From NCBI RefSeq assembly GCF_032018205.1, contig NZ_DALZOY010000001.1, positions 72,618 through 136,617 on the forward strand: DNA of 64,000 nucleotides, given 5' to 3'. Position numbers and translations under genes: made by a program. The stretch is from Oscillibacter sp. (GTDB lineage: Bacteria; Bacillota; Clostridia; Oscillospirales; Oscillospiraceae). The number at the start of each line of letters is the position of its first letter. Position 1 is the first letter of the stretch. Below are positions 62,752 through 64,000 of this stretch, piece after piece. The notes beneath the pieces were generated by a model. That model searched no databases. It was not told the DNA's origin and saw only the letters and a program-made list of their open reading frames with translations.

Positions 62752-63351
62752 ATGGAATATTTTCCCGCGCCGCTGGAAAAGCTGGTGGAGCAGTTTGCCC
62801 GCCTGCCGGGTATCGGCGGAAAGTCCGCCCAGCGGCTGGCGTTTTATGTGCTGGGGCTGCCGGAGGAGGAGGCACTGGAGTTTTCGCGTGCAATTATAGA
62901 CGCGAAAAAACACGTCACCTGCTGTCCCGTGTGCCAGAATTTTACTGCCGGGGGCCTGTGCCCCATCTGCTCCTCGCCCAAGCGGGACGGAAGTGTGATC
63001 TGCGTGGTGGCGGACCCCCGGGATGTGGCGGCGCTGGAGCGGTCCCGGGAATTTGGAGGGCACTATCATGTGCTTCACGGAGTCCTGTCACCTATGAACC
63101 ATGTAGGCCCGGACGACCTTGCCATCCGCCCCCTGCTGGACCGGGTGGCCAAGGGGGGCATCGAGGAGGTCATTATGGCCACCAACCCGGACACGGAGGG
63201 GGAGGCCACCGCTATGTATCTTGCGCGGCTTTTAAAGCCCTTTGATGTGAAGGTGACCCGTCTGGCCTACGGCATCCCTGTGGGCGGCCATCTGGAATTT
63301 ACGGACGACGCCACGCTTTCCCGCGCCCTGGAGGGCCGTCGGGAGATATAA
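62752..63351 (+). CDS. recR: Recombination protein RecR
   Basis: LPGIGGKSAQRLAFYVL, a C4 zinc finger (CCPVCQNFT...CPIC) and a Toprim region (VCVVADPRDVAALE...ATNPDTEGEATAMY). Confidence 0.95.
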   Translation: MEYFPAPLEKLVEQFARLPGIGGKSAQRLAFYVLGLPEEEALEFSRAIIDAKKHVTCCPVCQNFTAGGLCPICSSPKRDGSVICVVADPRDVAALERSREFGGHYHVLHGVLSPMNHVGPDDLAIRPLLDRVAKGGIEEVIMATNPDTEGEATAMYLARLLKPFDVKVTRLAYGIPVGGHLEFTDDATLSRALEGRREI

Positions 63352-63431
63352 AGACAGGAAAAAGAAAACCGGGGCCGGTCCGTCCGGCCCATACAAATAA
63401 TTGCTCAAACGAAGAAAGTTGAGGATCATCT

Positions 63432-64000
63432 ATGCCCGAAATCAAAAGAACCGCCATGGTTACCGTCTGCGGACGGCCCAACGTGGGAAAATCCAGCCTG
63501 ACCAACGCGCTGGTGGGCGAAAAAGTCGCCATCGTGTCCAACAAGGCCCAGACCACCCGCAACCGCATCTGCGGCGTGGTGAACCGGGGAGAAATCCAGT
63601 TTGTCCTGATGGACACGCCGGGTCTGCACAAGCCCAAGTCCGCGCTGGGGGACTATATGGTGAAAATTGTCACCTCCAGCCTTTCCGACGTTGACTGCGC
63701 ATTGCTGCTGGTGGAGCCCATCGCCCACGTGGGCGCGCCGGAATTGGCGCTGATTGCCCGGGTGCGGGAGGAAAACATCCCCACGATTCTGTGCATCAAT
63801 AAGACGGACACTGTGAAGCCCGACGAGCTGCTGCCGGTCATTGCGGCGTACAATGAGGTGTGGGACGGCTTTGCCGCCATCATCCCCATCTCCGCCCACC
63901 GGAAGGACGGACTGGATGACCTGCTGGGCGAGATGAACAAATACGTCAAGGAAGGGCCTCAGCTTTTCCCGGACGGGCAGACCTCCGACCAGCCGGAGCG
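63432..64000 (+). CDS. era: GTPase Era (5' part; runs off the right edge)
   Basis: Absent from the ORF track because it is truncated. My translation from the ATG at 63432 reads MPEIKRTAMVTVCGRPNVGKSSLTNALVGEKVAIVSNKAQTTRNRI...MDTPGLHKPK...INKTD. The G1, G3 and G4 motifs are present and the N terminus is Era-like. Confidence 0.9.
   Translation, partial: MPEIKRTAMVTVCGRPNVGKSSLTNALVGEKVAIVSNKAQTTRNRICGVVNRGEIQFVLMDTPGLHKPKSALGDYMVKIVTSSLSDVDCALLLVEPIAHVGAPELALIARVREENIPTILCINKTDTVKPDELLPVIAAYNEVWDGFAAIIPISAHRKDGLDDLLGEMNKYVKEGPQLFPDGQTSDQPE

Overview
This 64-kb window comes from a high-GC chromosome. By eye, coding regions are around 60% G+C. Gene content and order point to a Firmicutes/Clostridia organism, possibly Oscillospiraceae-like, but that is inference only.

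**Layout**
- **Left edge:** the 5' end of a butyryl-CoA:acetate CoA-transferase-like gene on the minus strand.
- **~0.54-1.14 kb:** a 600-bp AT-rich island.
- **~1.06-27.8 kb:** one co-directional flagellar/chemotaxis super-operon. The order is flgB-flgC-fliE-fliF-fliG-fliH-fliI-fliJ-fliK-flgD-(small flagellar operon protein)-flgE-flbD-motA-motB-fliM-fliY-cheY-fliO-fliP-fliQ-fliR-flhB-flhA-fliA-flgF/G-flgG-cheC-cheD-cheV, ending in a degenerate EAL-HDOD gene.
- **28.1-29.6 kb:** flagellin, convergent on the minus strand.
- **39.6-43.1 kb:** the late genes fliT/flgN-like, fliS and a very large fliD.
- **29.9-39.5 kb:** about 10 kb of non-flagellar genes splits flagellin from those late genes. 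These are an NitT/TauT-type ABC importer, a perfect 91-bp direct repeat pair, a GNAT, a secreted hypothetical, a catalytic-looking EAL-HDOD, an FtsA-like actin-fold protein with C-terminal repeats, an orphan FtsE-like ATPase and a C39-like peptidase.
- **43.2-44.7 kb:** a ParA/Soj-type ATPase plus a ComFB-domain gene pair, divergent from fliD.
- **Remainder:** housekeeping genes. These are two CobW/COG0523 GTPases (one with a long His-rich insert), an alanine/glycine:cation symporter, mgtE behind an M-box riboswitch, radC, uvrB, an EamA transporter, ybaK, uvrA, a GNAT, sufC-sufBD, a ferritin-like protein, rpe, recR and the 5' part of era.

I found no tRNA/rRNA genes, transposases, integrases or CRISPR arrays.

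**Most interesting observations**
- FliY carries four internal tandem copies of a CheY-P-docking-like peptide.
- The ParA-ComFB pair sits in a locus where flhF/flhG are missing from their usual slot.
- There are two EAL-HDOD paralogues, one degenerate and one with intact catalytic residues.
- An FtsE-like/FtsA-like operon has no ftsX.
- A perfect 91-bp repeat pair lies between the ABC importer and the GNAT gene.

All functional calls come from reading motifs in the translated ORFs. No database search was run.
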